DNA of 32,000 nucleotides from Pseudodesulfovibrio mercurii (lineage in GTDB: Bacteria; Desulfobacterota; Desulfovibrionia; Desulfovibrionales; Desulfovibrionaceae): positions 1,350,001 through 1,382,000 of the forward strand of contig NC_016803.1 in the NCBI RefSeq assembly GCF_000189295.2. Direction: 5' to 3'. Positions 15,993-24,861 of the stretch are shown in pieces. The translations under genes and the position numbers were made by a program. The notes under the pieces are model-generated. The model saw only the letters and a program-made list of their open reading frames with translations. It made no database searches and was not told the origin of the DNA. The first letter of the stretch is position 1. Each line of letters begins with the position of its first letter.

Positions 15993-16406
15993 CTACAACG
16001 CTTCGTAGTCTTCGTCGGAAACCGGCTCCAACCACTCGTTGGACCCGTTTTCGCCGGGCACCTCGACGGCCAGGTGGGAGAACCAGCTGTCCTTGGCCGC
16101 GCCGTGCCAATGCTTCACTCCGGCGGGGATGTGGACCACGTCGCCGGGGCGCAGGGCCCGGGCGGGCTTGTCCCATTCCTGGTACCAGCCGTTTCCGGAG
16201 GTGCACAGCAGGATCTGCCCGCCGCCCTTGTCCGTCTTGTGGATGTGCCAGTTGTTCCGGCAGCCGGGCTCGAAGGTGACGTTGCCGATGAAGACGCCCT
16301 CCCGGTTGAGGATGTTCAGATAGCTCTGCCCCACGAAATACTGGGCATACGCCGTGTTCTCGGGGCCGCGTTCAAAGACGTCGGTAGTATTGTTCTTGTC
16401 GGACAT
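15993..16406 (-). CDS. Cupin domain protein
   Basis: 137 aa, starting at MSDKNN (AAGGAG upstream) within the long ORF 15993..17021. Cupin motifs: FEPGCRNNWHIH and GDVVHIPAGVKHWHGA. Confidence 0.88.
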   Translation of the reverse strand: MSDKNNTTDVFERGPENTAYAQYFVGQSYLNILNREGVFIGNVTFEPGCRNNWHIHKTDKGGGQILLCTSGNGWYQEWDKPARALRPGDVVHIPAGVKHWHGAAKDSWFSHLAVEVPGENGSNEWLEPVSDEDYEAL

Positions 16407-16483
16407 TTTCTCATACTCCTTGCTCAACATGTTGTCGGCCCGGCACCGCGCGGCACCGGGCCCAATGGTGTTCCAAGCCTGGG

Positions 16484-17616
<1,133 letters not shown>

Positions 17617-17946
17617 TCAACCGCATCACAGACGCTGCGAAGTTCCTCGCCTTTCGGCTTTGCCCAGCATTCCTGGTCGGTGTGATTTTATTATCCCCAG
17701 ACGAGGGGAACGAGGTAGACCGATCCTGTCTAATTATTGCCGGATCGTACAAAATTGCCTGAAACCGGCCTGGGGGGTACACGTTCGCCTCCCCGGCCCT
17801 GACAAAGGAAGGCCGACAGGCAACGCCTTTACAGTTCACCAGGGAATACAAGCAGTTGTTCGGGCATCACCCCGGCGCCGCCTCCAGGATGTGACGGGTG
17901 CGGAAATGCCCTCCCCGCCGGTTGACAGGCATGACCGTTCCAATTA

Positions 17947-17973
17947 TTGACCCGTCAACAATTGATACGTCAA
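17947..17973. promoter_or_regulatory. Two tandem 12-bp palindromes just upstream of the MarR start; putative MarR operator
   Basis: TTGAC-CC-GTCAA (17947-17958) and TTGAT-AC-GTCAA (17962-17973) have centres 15 bp apart and end 15 nt before the ATG at 17988. Confidence 0.45.
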
Positions 17974-17987
17974 CGAATTGAGGCGAC

Positions 17988-18464
17988 ATGCACAGCGACA
18001 CCATCACGGCGTTCGACCGGGAATCCCCCGGCCGACGGTTCTCCCTCATCCAGCGCCTGAGCCTGATCTACCTGTCGGGACCGATGTCCGGGGCGGGCGT
18101 CAGCAAGGGCAAGATTCCCTATCTGATGAAGATTCTGAGCTCTCCGGGCATTGTCCAGGAAGACCTGACGAACCATCTCTGCCTTGACCGGGCGGCCACG
18201 GCCAGGGCCCTCCAGTCCCTCGAAAACGATGGCCTCATCCGCCGGGAAGAGGACCCCCGGGACCGACGCCGCAAGAACGTGTACCCGACCCCGAAGGCGG
18301 AAGGCCTCCAGGAAGAGATGATCGCCATCCTCAAGGCGCACAACGACGTGCTCCTTTCCGGCTTCACCGGGGAGGAGCGGAACCTGCTCATGTCGCTGCT
18401 CGACAGGGTGACCGACAACCTCCGCCGCAACCTGGACAAACCCCGCCGCAATCCCGAAGCCTAG
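17988..18464 (+). CDS. MarR family transcriptional regulator
   Basis: 158 aa. Winged HTH: IPYLMKILSSPGIVQEDLTNHLCLDRAATARALQSLENDGLIRREEDPRDRRRKNVYPTPKA. Confidence 0.88.
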   Translation: MHSDTITAFDRESPGRRFSLIQRLSLIYLSGPMSGAGVSKGKIPYLMKILSSPGIVQEDLTNHLCLDRAATARALQSLENDGLIRREEDPRDRRRKNVYPTPKAEGLQEEMIAILKAHNDVLLSGFTGEERNLLMSLLDRVTDNLRRNLDKPRRNPEA

Positions 18465-18530
18465 CCCCTTCCCAGTCGGCCCCGGTCGCCCCAGGACCCT
18501 GCATCAAACGATTTCAACCGAGGCATCACC

Positions 18531-19859
18531 TTGAAAAGAACATTCAAAAGAATCCTTGTCGCCATTGTCGGAATCGGTTTCATGGCGTTCGGCGTGGCCT
18601 TTTCGGTCAAGGCCAATCTGGGCGTTTCGCCCATTTCGTGCATCCCGTACATCTACAGCCTGAAGTTCGACCTGACCATCGGCGAGCTGACCATCCTGAT
18701 GAACAGCCTGTTCGTCCTGGCCCAGTTCCTCATCCTGCGGCGGAAATTCACCCTGCTCCATCTCTCGCAGATGCTCGCGGTCACCGTGTTCGGCTTCGGA
18801 ATCGACCTGGCCATGATGGTCATCGACGACATCAACGCCAACGCCTACGTCTGGCAGCTGCTGATGTGCCTGCTGAGCTGCGTGCTCATCGCCTTCGGCG
18901 TCTTTCTCCTGGTCAAGGCCAAGCTCACCTACCTTCCCGGCGACGGCCTCGCCGTGGTCGTCTCCGACACGTTCAACAAACCGTTCGGCAAGCTGAAGGT
19001 CACCCTGGACAGCTCCATGGTCATCGTGGGCCTGGCCAGCTCCTTCCTGTTCCTCCACCGGCTGGAGGGCATCCGCGAGGGCACCGTCATCGCGGCCCTC
19101 CTGGTCGGCTCCCTCGTCAGGTTCTACAACAGCCGGATTCTCCGGCTCGACGCCTGGCTGGGCAACGACATTCCCGGCAGGACGGCGCTCGAACCCCTGC
19201 CCGAAGGCCTCAACCGGTATCTCGTGGTGACCATCTCGCGCGAATACGGCAGCGGCGGACACGGGATAGGCCAGGCCATCGCCCGGAAGCTGGGCATCGC
19301 TTTCTACGACAGGGAACTGATCGACATCACCGCCCAACAGAGCGGCTTCACCGAGGACTATATCCGGGAGAACGAACAGAAGCTGGCCGGCACGCTGCTC
19401 GACGAGCTTTACATGCAGAACTACGCCTACGTGCAGGACAAACTGCCCCCGTCCGACGTGCTCTTCCTGGTCCAGAGCAAAATCATCCGCGACGTCGGCA
19501 GCCGGGGCCCCTGCGTCATCGTGGGCCGCTGCGCCAACTTCGTCCTCAAGCGGAACCCGAACTGCTTCAACGTGTTCGTCCATGCCGACGAGGAGTACCG
19601 CCGGTCCAAGATCATCCACGAATACGGCGTCGAGTCGCTGGTGTCGGGCAAGGAGCTCGAAAAGCTGGACCGCGAGCGGGCCAACTACTGCCTGAAATAC
19701 ACGGGCGAGGACTGGCGGGATGCGACCAACTACCACCTCACCGTGGACAGCTCGTTGTACGACAGCGACGAGGAGATCGCCGACAGGATCATCGCGATGA
19801 TTCCGGAGGACATCCTGCATCCGGAAACCGCCCCGGCCGGACTTCCCTCGGCGGCATAG
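18531..19859 (+). CDS. Fusion protein: YczE/DUF6198-like polytopic membrane domain plus cytidylate-kinase-like (PF13189-type) domain
   Basis: TTG start with GAGG upstream. Roughly the first 200 aa are hydrophobic (GVAFSVKANLGVSP...). The C-terminal half carries ISREYGSGGHGIGQAIARKLGIAFYDRELI...VIVGRCANFVL, the signature of the cytidylate-kinase-like family 2. Confidence 0.82.
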   Translation: MKRTFKRILVAIVGIGFMAFGVAFSVKANLGVSPISCIPYIYSLKFDLTIGELTILMNSLFVLAQFLILRRKFTLLHLSQMLAVTVFGFGIDLAMMVIDDINANAYVWQLLMCLLSCVLIAFGVFLLVKAKLTYLPGDGLAVVVSDTFNKPFGKLKVTLDSSMVIVGLASSFLFLHRLEGIREGTVIAALLVGSLVRFYNSRILRLDAWLGNDIPGRTALEPLPEGLNRYLVVTISREYGSGGHGIGQAIARKLGIAFYDRELIDITAQQSGFTEDYIRENEQKLAGTLLDELYMQNYAYVQDKLPPSDVLFLVQSKIIRDVGSRGPCVIVGRCANFVLKRNPNCFNVFVHADEEYRRSKIIHEYGVESLVSGKELEKLDRERANYCLKYTGEDWRDATNYHLTVDSSLYDSDEEIADRIIAMIPEDILHPETAPAGLPSAA

Positions 19860-19910
19860 GCTCCGGCCGCGCCCCGTCGGGACCGTCCGCCTGTCCGGGG
19901 CCGGACTGCG

Positions 19911-20324
19911 CTATTTCCTGCGGCGACGGATGTTGTAGACGCCGCGCCCCTCGGCCACGTGGGTCCCGGGATCGGCCTGGGACCAGATGACCACATGGGC
20001 GTTGCCGACCTTGTTGCCGAGCAGGCGGACCGTAGCCTCGGCATAGAGATCACCGGCCGCCGCCGGACGCAGGTAATCGACGCTGAGGGTGATCGTGGCG
20101 ACGAAGTCGTCCCGTTCGCAGCGGGTCCAGACGGCGAACCCCCCGCAGATGTCGGCCAGGGTCGAGATGACTCCGCCGTGGATCATGCCGCTTTCCGCAT
20201 GACCGATCAGATCTTCCTTGAAGGGGATATACAACCGGACGGAGGCTTCATCGATCTTGTCCACCTTGACGCCAAGGAGCCGATGAAAGGGGAATCCGGT
20301 TTCAATGAATTTTTCTATGGGCAT
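19911..20324 (-). CDS. PaaI-family hotdog-fold thioesterase
   Basis: 137 aa, starting at MPIEKFIE within the long ORF 19911..20738. Motif: GMIHGGVISTLADICGGFAV...TITLSVDYLRPA. Confidence 0.88.
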   Translation of the reverse strand: MPIEKFIETGFPFHRLLGVKVDKIDEASVRLYIPFKEDLIGHAESGMIHGGVISTLADICGGFAVWTRCERDDFVATITLSVDYLRPAAAGDLYAEATVRLLGNKVGNAHVVIWSQADPGTHVAEGRGVYNIRRRRK

Positions 20325-20543
20325 GGTCTCTCTCGTTGCGTGCGCTGCGGGAAACGGCCCTGAAACATCCGCTTTCCCCGAATTCAACAGGGACCATAGC
20401 CCAAGCGATCCGCCCCGACAACAGGGGATGCGCGCGCGACGGGGAGCGCCCCCAGCCCCGTCTCCCTCATCCTCGCCGACCACGGGTCGGCCCGGATTCG
20501 ACCGTTCGGCTCCGGGACCGGACGCAAAACCGCGAGCGGCACA

Positions 20544-20738
20544 GCCTCCACGGGCCACGGAGGGGATTGGCGGATTCCGCTCCACGCCGGCGCATTCGGC
20601 AACATCGACGCCGGAGGCCTTGTGGCCTCCGATTGCCCGATCGAAGGTTCCGCGCCGCCGAACGCTCCGGGCACACATCCGTTCCCGATAGATCGATCCT
20701 CTGTTATTTTGCCCAATCGTCCGAAAAATCCGTATCAC
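20544..20738 (-). pseudogene. Decayed N-terminal remnant of a second iron-containing alcohol dehydrogenase
   Basis: The frame upstream of the PaaI gene reads ...IRIFRTIG...RSVRRRGTFDRAIGGHKASGVDVAECAGVERNPPIPSVARGG. It aligns with the intact ADH at 8397-9587: TRIIFGAGN...GSVKRSGVFDRAVESLKAAGIAVAECSGVEPNPRITSVARGA. The GGGS motif and everything after about residue 95 are lost. Confidence 0.55.
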
Positions 20739-20792
20739 ACCTTGTCCCCCGAAAGAGGAAGATGCTAACGCTGAATGGCAAGGAGGCTTTCA

Positions 20793-21731
20793 ATGAGCAA
20801 GAACGGAACAGACGGCATCAGCGCGGCGCGGAGCACGCTTGCGAAAAAGATCTACCGCTGGACGGAACAAAACGACCATCTGCTTTCGGAGGTACCGGGG
20901 TTGATGCTGGTCAGGTACGAGGCGCCCACCGAGCCCATGAGCGCCATGTATGAACCGTGCATCTGCCTGGTCGCCCAGGGCGCCAAGCGGGTACAGCTCG
21001 GCGACGAGGAATACATCTACGACGAAAATCACCTGCTGATCACTTCGGTGGGCCTGCCGGTCATGGCCAACATCGTCCGGGCGAGCAAGGAGGAACCGCT
21101 CCTCAGCCTGGTCCTGAAAATAGACCTGCGCATGGTGGCCCAGCTCATGGTGGACAGCAATCTGCCGGTGCCGCGCAACCCGCAGCCGGGACGGGGAATG
21201 GCCGTGTGTGAAGTATCCGGGCCGCTGCTCGACAGTTTTCAGCGGTTGGTCGACCTGCTGGACACCCCGGAGGACATCCCCATCCTCTCGCCGCTGATTC
21301 ACAAGGAAATCCTGTATCGTCTCCTCATGGGGGAACTCGGCCCGCGCCTGCGCAACATCGCCACCGCCGGAAGCCACGGACAGCAGGTCGCCAAGGCCGT
21401 GGACTGGCTCAAGGAAAACTATGCAAAGCAGCTCAAGGTGGAGGGTCTGGCCAAGGCGACCGGCATGAGCGTGTCCACCTTCCACCACCATTTCCGCGCG
21501 CTGACGGCCATGAGCCCCCTGCAATTCCAAAAATGGCTCAGGCTGCACGAGGCCCGACGCCTCATGCTGTCCGAAAGCCAGGACGCCACCACCGCCGCCT
21601 TGCAGGTGGGCTACGAAAGCCCGTCGCAGTTCAGCCGCGAGTACAAACGCCAATTCGGCGCCCCGCCCTTGCGCGACATCAAGACCCTGCACCAGCTGGG
21701 AAAAACCGAGGTCGTTTCCGGGACGGCGTAA
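20793..21731 (+). CDS. AraC family transcriptional regulator (AraC_N-type sensor domain plus HTH_18)
   Basis: Start at MSKNG (AGGAGG at 20781-20786). C-terminus: LAKATGMSVSTFHHHFRALTAMSPLQFQKWLRLHEARRLM...QVGYESPSQFSREYKRQFGAPP. Same architecture as the regulator at 9762-10646. Confidence 0.9.
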   Translation: MSKNGTDGISAARSTLAKKIYRWTEQNDHLLSEVPGLMLVRYEAPTEPMSAMYEPCICLVAQGAKRVQLGDEEYIYDENHLLITSVGLPVMANIVRASKEEPLLSLVLKIDLRMVAQLMVDSNLPVPRNPQPGRGMAVCEVSGPLLDSFQRLVDLLDTPEDIPILSPLIHKEILYRLLMGELGPRLRNIATAGSHGQQVAKAVDWLKENYAKQLKVEGLAKATGMSVSTFHHHFRALTAMSPLQFQKWLRLHEARRLMLSESQDATTAALQVGYESPSQFSREYKRQFGAPPLRDIKTLHQLGKTEVVSGTA

Positions 21732-21776
21732 GGAATGCCCGATTCGCCTCGGACGTCGATCCGGCGGAAATCACGA

Positions 21777-21817
21777 AAGCGGGGCCTGCATCCGGGTGCG
21801 GGGCCCGCTTGCATTTT
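21777..21817 (+). terminator. Candidate terminator after the second AraC gene
   Basis: AAGCGGG (21777-21783) pairs with CCCGCTT (21804-21810), with inner imperfect pairing, followed by gcaTTTTg. Confidence 0.4.
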
Positions 21818-22040
21818 GTCCGGCTCCATCGTCCAGCGATTCACCGCCCTGCCGCCGGTGGAGCCGCCCCTCTCGGCAACGGACCGGCACGAACGTTTCC
21901 GCCCGCCCCTTTTCAGACCTTGGCTTTTTTTCGGCCGGGGGGTATGTTGACGACCATTCAATACAACAAACGTAATATATTGAAGAATATCCTCTCATAC
22001 AACATTTCGCGTTCATACGACGAACCACGGAGGAGGCCCC

Positions 22041-22787
22041 ATGGGCATTTGCGGACAGCTGGTCGAAACCATGCAGACTCAGGCGGAAGGCAGGTTTCTG
22101 GAAAATCTGACTATCGGGTTGGGGTACACCGCCGTCTGCACCGACGATGGCGGCGTCGGTGTTGCCTATACCCCCGAATCGAACAAGGGAGGATGTTCGG
22201 TGCTTCCTCCCAATGAAGAGTATGAAGGCAGGCCCGCATCCGAGGTATTGGAATTGCTGCTCTCGAACAGCGCCCTGCACCGGACCATCGGTCTGGCGCT
22301 CGTCAATGCCTTGAACCATGCCCAGGCCCGGACGCTGCCGGAAGACAGGAACAACTCGGTGCTGTTCGACGCGTTGGGGATAGTCCGGGGAACCAGGGTC
22401 GCCATGGTGGGCCACTTCGCCCCCATCGTCGCCCGCCTCGAGGAAAGGGGCTCCCTGGTGGAAGTCGTCGACAGGGGCAAGGGATTGGGTGACGAACAAC
22501 GATTCACGGAAAGGCTGGAATCCTGGGCCGAGGTCGCCATTGTGACCTCCACCAGCATCATCAACAACACCTTGGACGATCTGCTCGCCCGCATGGGCAA
22601 GGATGTGCGCGTGGCCCTGATGGGCCCCTCCACCCCATTGCTGAAGGCCCCGTTCCAAGGGAAGGTCCGCCTGCTCGCTGGCACCGTGCCCATGGATTCC
22701 GAGGCCACGCTCAGGGCCGTGCGGCAGGCCAAGGGCACGCCCGTCATCCAGAAGTTTTCCAGAAAGCCCCTGCTCGTGGTGGCATAG
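22041..22787 (+). CDS. DUF4213/DUF364 (Rossmann-like, putative chelatase-related) family protein
   Basis: 248 aa with GGAGGAGG RBS. Pattern: GLGYTAV...GGVGVAYT, ALVNALN, VAMVGHFAPIV, VAIVTSTSIINNTLD, VALMGPSTPL. Confidence 0.82.
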   Translation: MGICGQLVETMQTQAEGRFLENLTIGLGYTAVCTDDGGVGVAYTPESNKGGCSVLPPNEEYEGRPASEVLELLLSNSALHRTIGLALVNALNHAQARTLPEDRNNSVLFDALGIVRGTRVAMVGHFAPIVARLEERGSLVEVVDRGKGLGDEQRFTERLESWAEVAIVTSTSIINNTLDDLLARMGKDVRVALMGPSTPLLKAPFQGKVRLLAGTVPMDSEATLRAVRQAKGTPVIQKFSRKPLLVVA

Positions 22788-23076
22788 GATGGCGCATCGT
22801 TCCAGCTCCGTAGGGAATGACGGACAACGTTGAAAACGCCCGGAGATGCGCAAAAAAAGGATCAAATAATCGCATCACGCGAAACGCAATCGCAACGGCA
22901 CGGGCCTCGCAATCCGGACGACCCGGCGCCCGCCGAATCCCGATTCGCGCACGCAAGGGGCACTCCTCGGCACGGGTTGGGCCGGGAATCTCTAGGCAAT
23001 GGACTCGTCTTACGGGACGTTGCAAGTTGAAAGGGGACACGGCCACAGAGACGTTTCGAAGGGATTTCGGCGGGGA

Positions 23077-23313
23077 TCAGAGGTACTCCCAGACCTTGCC
23101 GATGGTCGTTTCCATAATGGCCACGGCGCAAAGATCGCTGTAGGCGATTTCGACGATCTCGGCCCGAAGCCGCCCCGCCCCCTGCTCGTTGTTGTAGGCG
23201 TCCCTGATGGCAATGGACTCACTGCGGGAGCGTGATCGGGGAGAGCTGCCGTCATGCGTCCGGGGGTGGTAGCCCATGAAAATCTTTTTGACCTCTTCCT
23301 GATCGCTGTTCAT
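23077..23313 (-). CDS. Hypothetical small protein (78 aa)
   Basis: MNSDQEEVKKIFMGYHPRTHDGSSPRSRSRSESIAIRDAYNNEQGAGRLRAEIVEIAYSDLCAVAIMETTIGKVWEYL. Codon third positions are G/C-biased as in real genes here. The RBS is weak and no family is recognised. The upstream part of ORF 23077..23508 looks non-coding. Confidence 0.35.
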   Translation of the reverse strand: MNSDQEEVKKIFMGYHPRTHDGSSPRSRSRSESIAIRDAYNNEQGAGRLRAEIVEIAYSDLCAVAIMETTIGKVWEYL

Positions 23314-23954
23314 ATCCCGTTCCCGTTGGTTTGTGATCGTTCCGTGTACGATTCCGGGGCCGACATCCGGAATCCGGCGCGAACCATGTGGTCTCAGTTG
23401 ATGTCCTGAGCCGGCGCCGAGTGCGTTCACTGTGCATAGGGGGCATGTCGGCACGCCCATTCGCATCGCAAGCGAGCCCTGCCGCCATCGGCATCGGTCC
23501 GACCGCATGCATATTTGCCAGCTAACGTGCCATAAAAGTAGCCTATGTTATTACGGAGTCAAGTTCTTCTTATCAGGAGAACAGTATAGCGGATTCCACT
23601 GCTTCGGACCGGGTTTCCGGAGTCGGGACACACTCCAGTCCGGGCATGTTCGCTCAGGACATCCATGCGAATGGGCCCGCGCACAGCTCAAGGGGAAGGC
23701 TGGGGCCGCGACCATGCCCGCGCGCACGGGATGTCGTTCATTTCGCATGACGTCGGGGGAAAAGCGGCCCCATAGCGGACACGACGAAGCCATTGCCACC
23801 CTTTCCAGCGGTTCGAGCCAGACGCCGTCAAAGGGCGACCGGGCGCGCAGGGAGGCGAAAAGGACAAACCTCCCCCTCGACGCCTGTCGCAATGACGGGG
23901 CAGTGATTGCTCCGCCTCAAAGGGCCGGACCCGGGATCAGCCCGCCCAGCCGAA

Positions 23955-24776
23955 TCAGAGGCCGACAAGCTGGCCGGCAATCTCATCGATATCCAATGAG
24001 AAGGAGCGGGTCGGAGCTTCGAACAATCGGGAAGCTTCGACTGCGGCCGAAGGGATTTCCTCAAGAAGCTTCTGGGACAAGCTCCTGTCCAGGCGCACGG
24101 TGGGCACCGAGCAGCTTATGGTCGCCAGGATGCGCCCGGAATCGTCGAAAACCGGCGCGGCAACGCAGCGGATACCCTTGAACAACTCCTCGAAATCCAG
24201 TCCGAGCCCACGTACCCTGGCGAGTTCCAGCTCCCTGTACAGCCAGTTGATCTTGTCGCTGTCCACCCGCGCATCGGTACGGCGCAACTCCTTGATGAAG
24301 CTGCGCAGATCCTCCTCGGGCAAAAAGGCCAAAAAGGCCTTGCCCGAAGCCGACAGATAGGCCGGAAAGGACGTCCCCACAATCGAATCCATTTGCAGGG
24401 CGTGGTAGGAAGCCTTCTGGTGGATCACCACCATGTCCACACCGGAGAGGACGCTCAGGTTGACCGTCTCGTTGACCTTGTCGCGCAATCTCAACATGAT
24501 GGGCTGCACCATGGACACGATGTCGTTCCGCGACGTGATCTGCTTTCCCAACTTGTAGAACTTCAGGGTCAGGGCGTATGCCCCGCCGCGTTCGACTTGA
24601 CGCACGTAGCCGAGGTCCTCGTACGTCCTGAGAATCCGTTGCAGCGTGCCTTTGGGCATGGAACAGACCGCGCTCAGATCCTTCAGCTCCCATTTGCTTT
24701 TCGTGGCCATGGTCTCGGCGACGAAAAGGGCCTTTTCCAGGGAACGCATCATGTAATACTTGTCGTCTGTTGCCAT
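23955..24776 (-). CDS. IclR family transcriptional regulator
   Basis: Start trimmed to MATDDKYYMMRSLEKAL (GAGGAG upstream), giving 273 aa. HTH: LKDLSAVCSMPKGTLQRILRTYEDLGYV. Effector domain: ASGKAFLAFL, GIRCVAAPVFD..GRILATISCSVP. Confidence 0.9.
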   Translation of the reverse strand: MATDDKYYMMRSLEKALFVAETMATKSKWELKDLSAVCSMPKGTLQRILRTYEDLGYVRQVERGGAYALTLKFYKLGKQITSRNDIVSMVQPIMLRLRDKVNETVNLSVLSGVDMVVIHQKASYHALQMDSIVGTSFPAYLSASGKAFLAFLPEEDLRSFIKELRRTDARVDSDKINWLYRELELARVRGLGLDFEELFKGIRCVAAPVFDDSGRILATISCSVPTVRLDRSLSQKLLEEIPSAAVEASRLFEAPTRSFSLDIDEIAGQLVGL

Positions 24777-24821
24777 CGTCTCCTCAGAGGCTTTTCCGCC
24801 CGCGAAGTTGCCGGGCAGAGA

Positions 24822-24860
24822 ATTTGAATGCCCTTCGGATAAAGAGAAGGGCATTCAAAT
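24822..24860 (-). other. 15-bp perfect intercistronic hairpin between the BCCT and IclR genes
   Basis: ATTTGAATGCCCTTC / ggataaaga / GAAGGGCATTCAAAT. There is no U-tract on the transcribed (minus) strand, so it is more likely a processing, stability or attenuation element than a strong terminator. Confidence 0.6.
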
Positions 24861-24861
24861 A

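Noticed and set aside
23517-23534. Sigma54-like promoter on the minus strand (TGGCACGTTAGCTGGCA), about 200 nt upstream of the 78-aa orphan ORF
   Set aside because: The -24 TGGCAC is perfect, but the -12 GC is displaced by one nucleotide from the strict TGGCAC-N5-TTGC spacing (CTGG at the TTGC position). No enhancer-binding-protein gene is adjacent. It is worth a computational scan but is not supportable by eye.
23800-23830. tRNA-like T-loop (GGTTCGAGCC)
   Set aside because: The flanking bases cannot form a T-stem (AGCGG versus CAGAC), and no acceptor or anticodon arms could be built.
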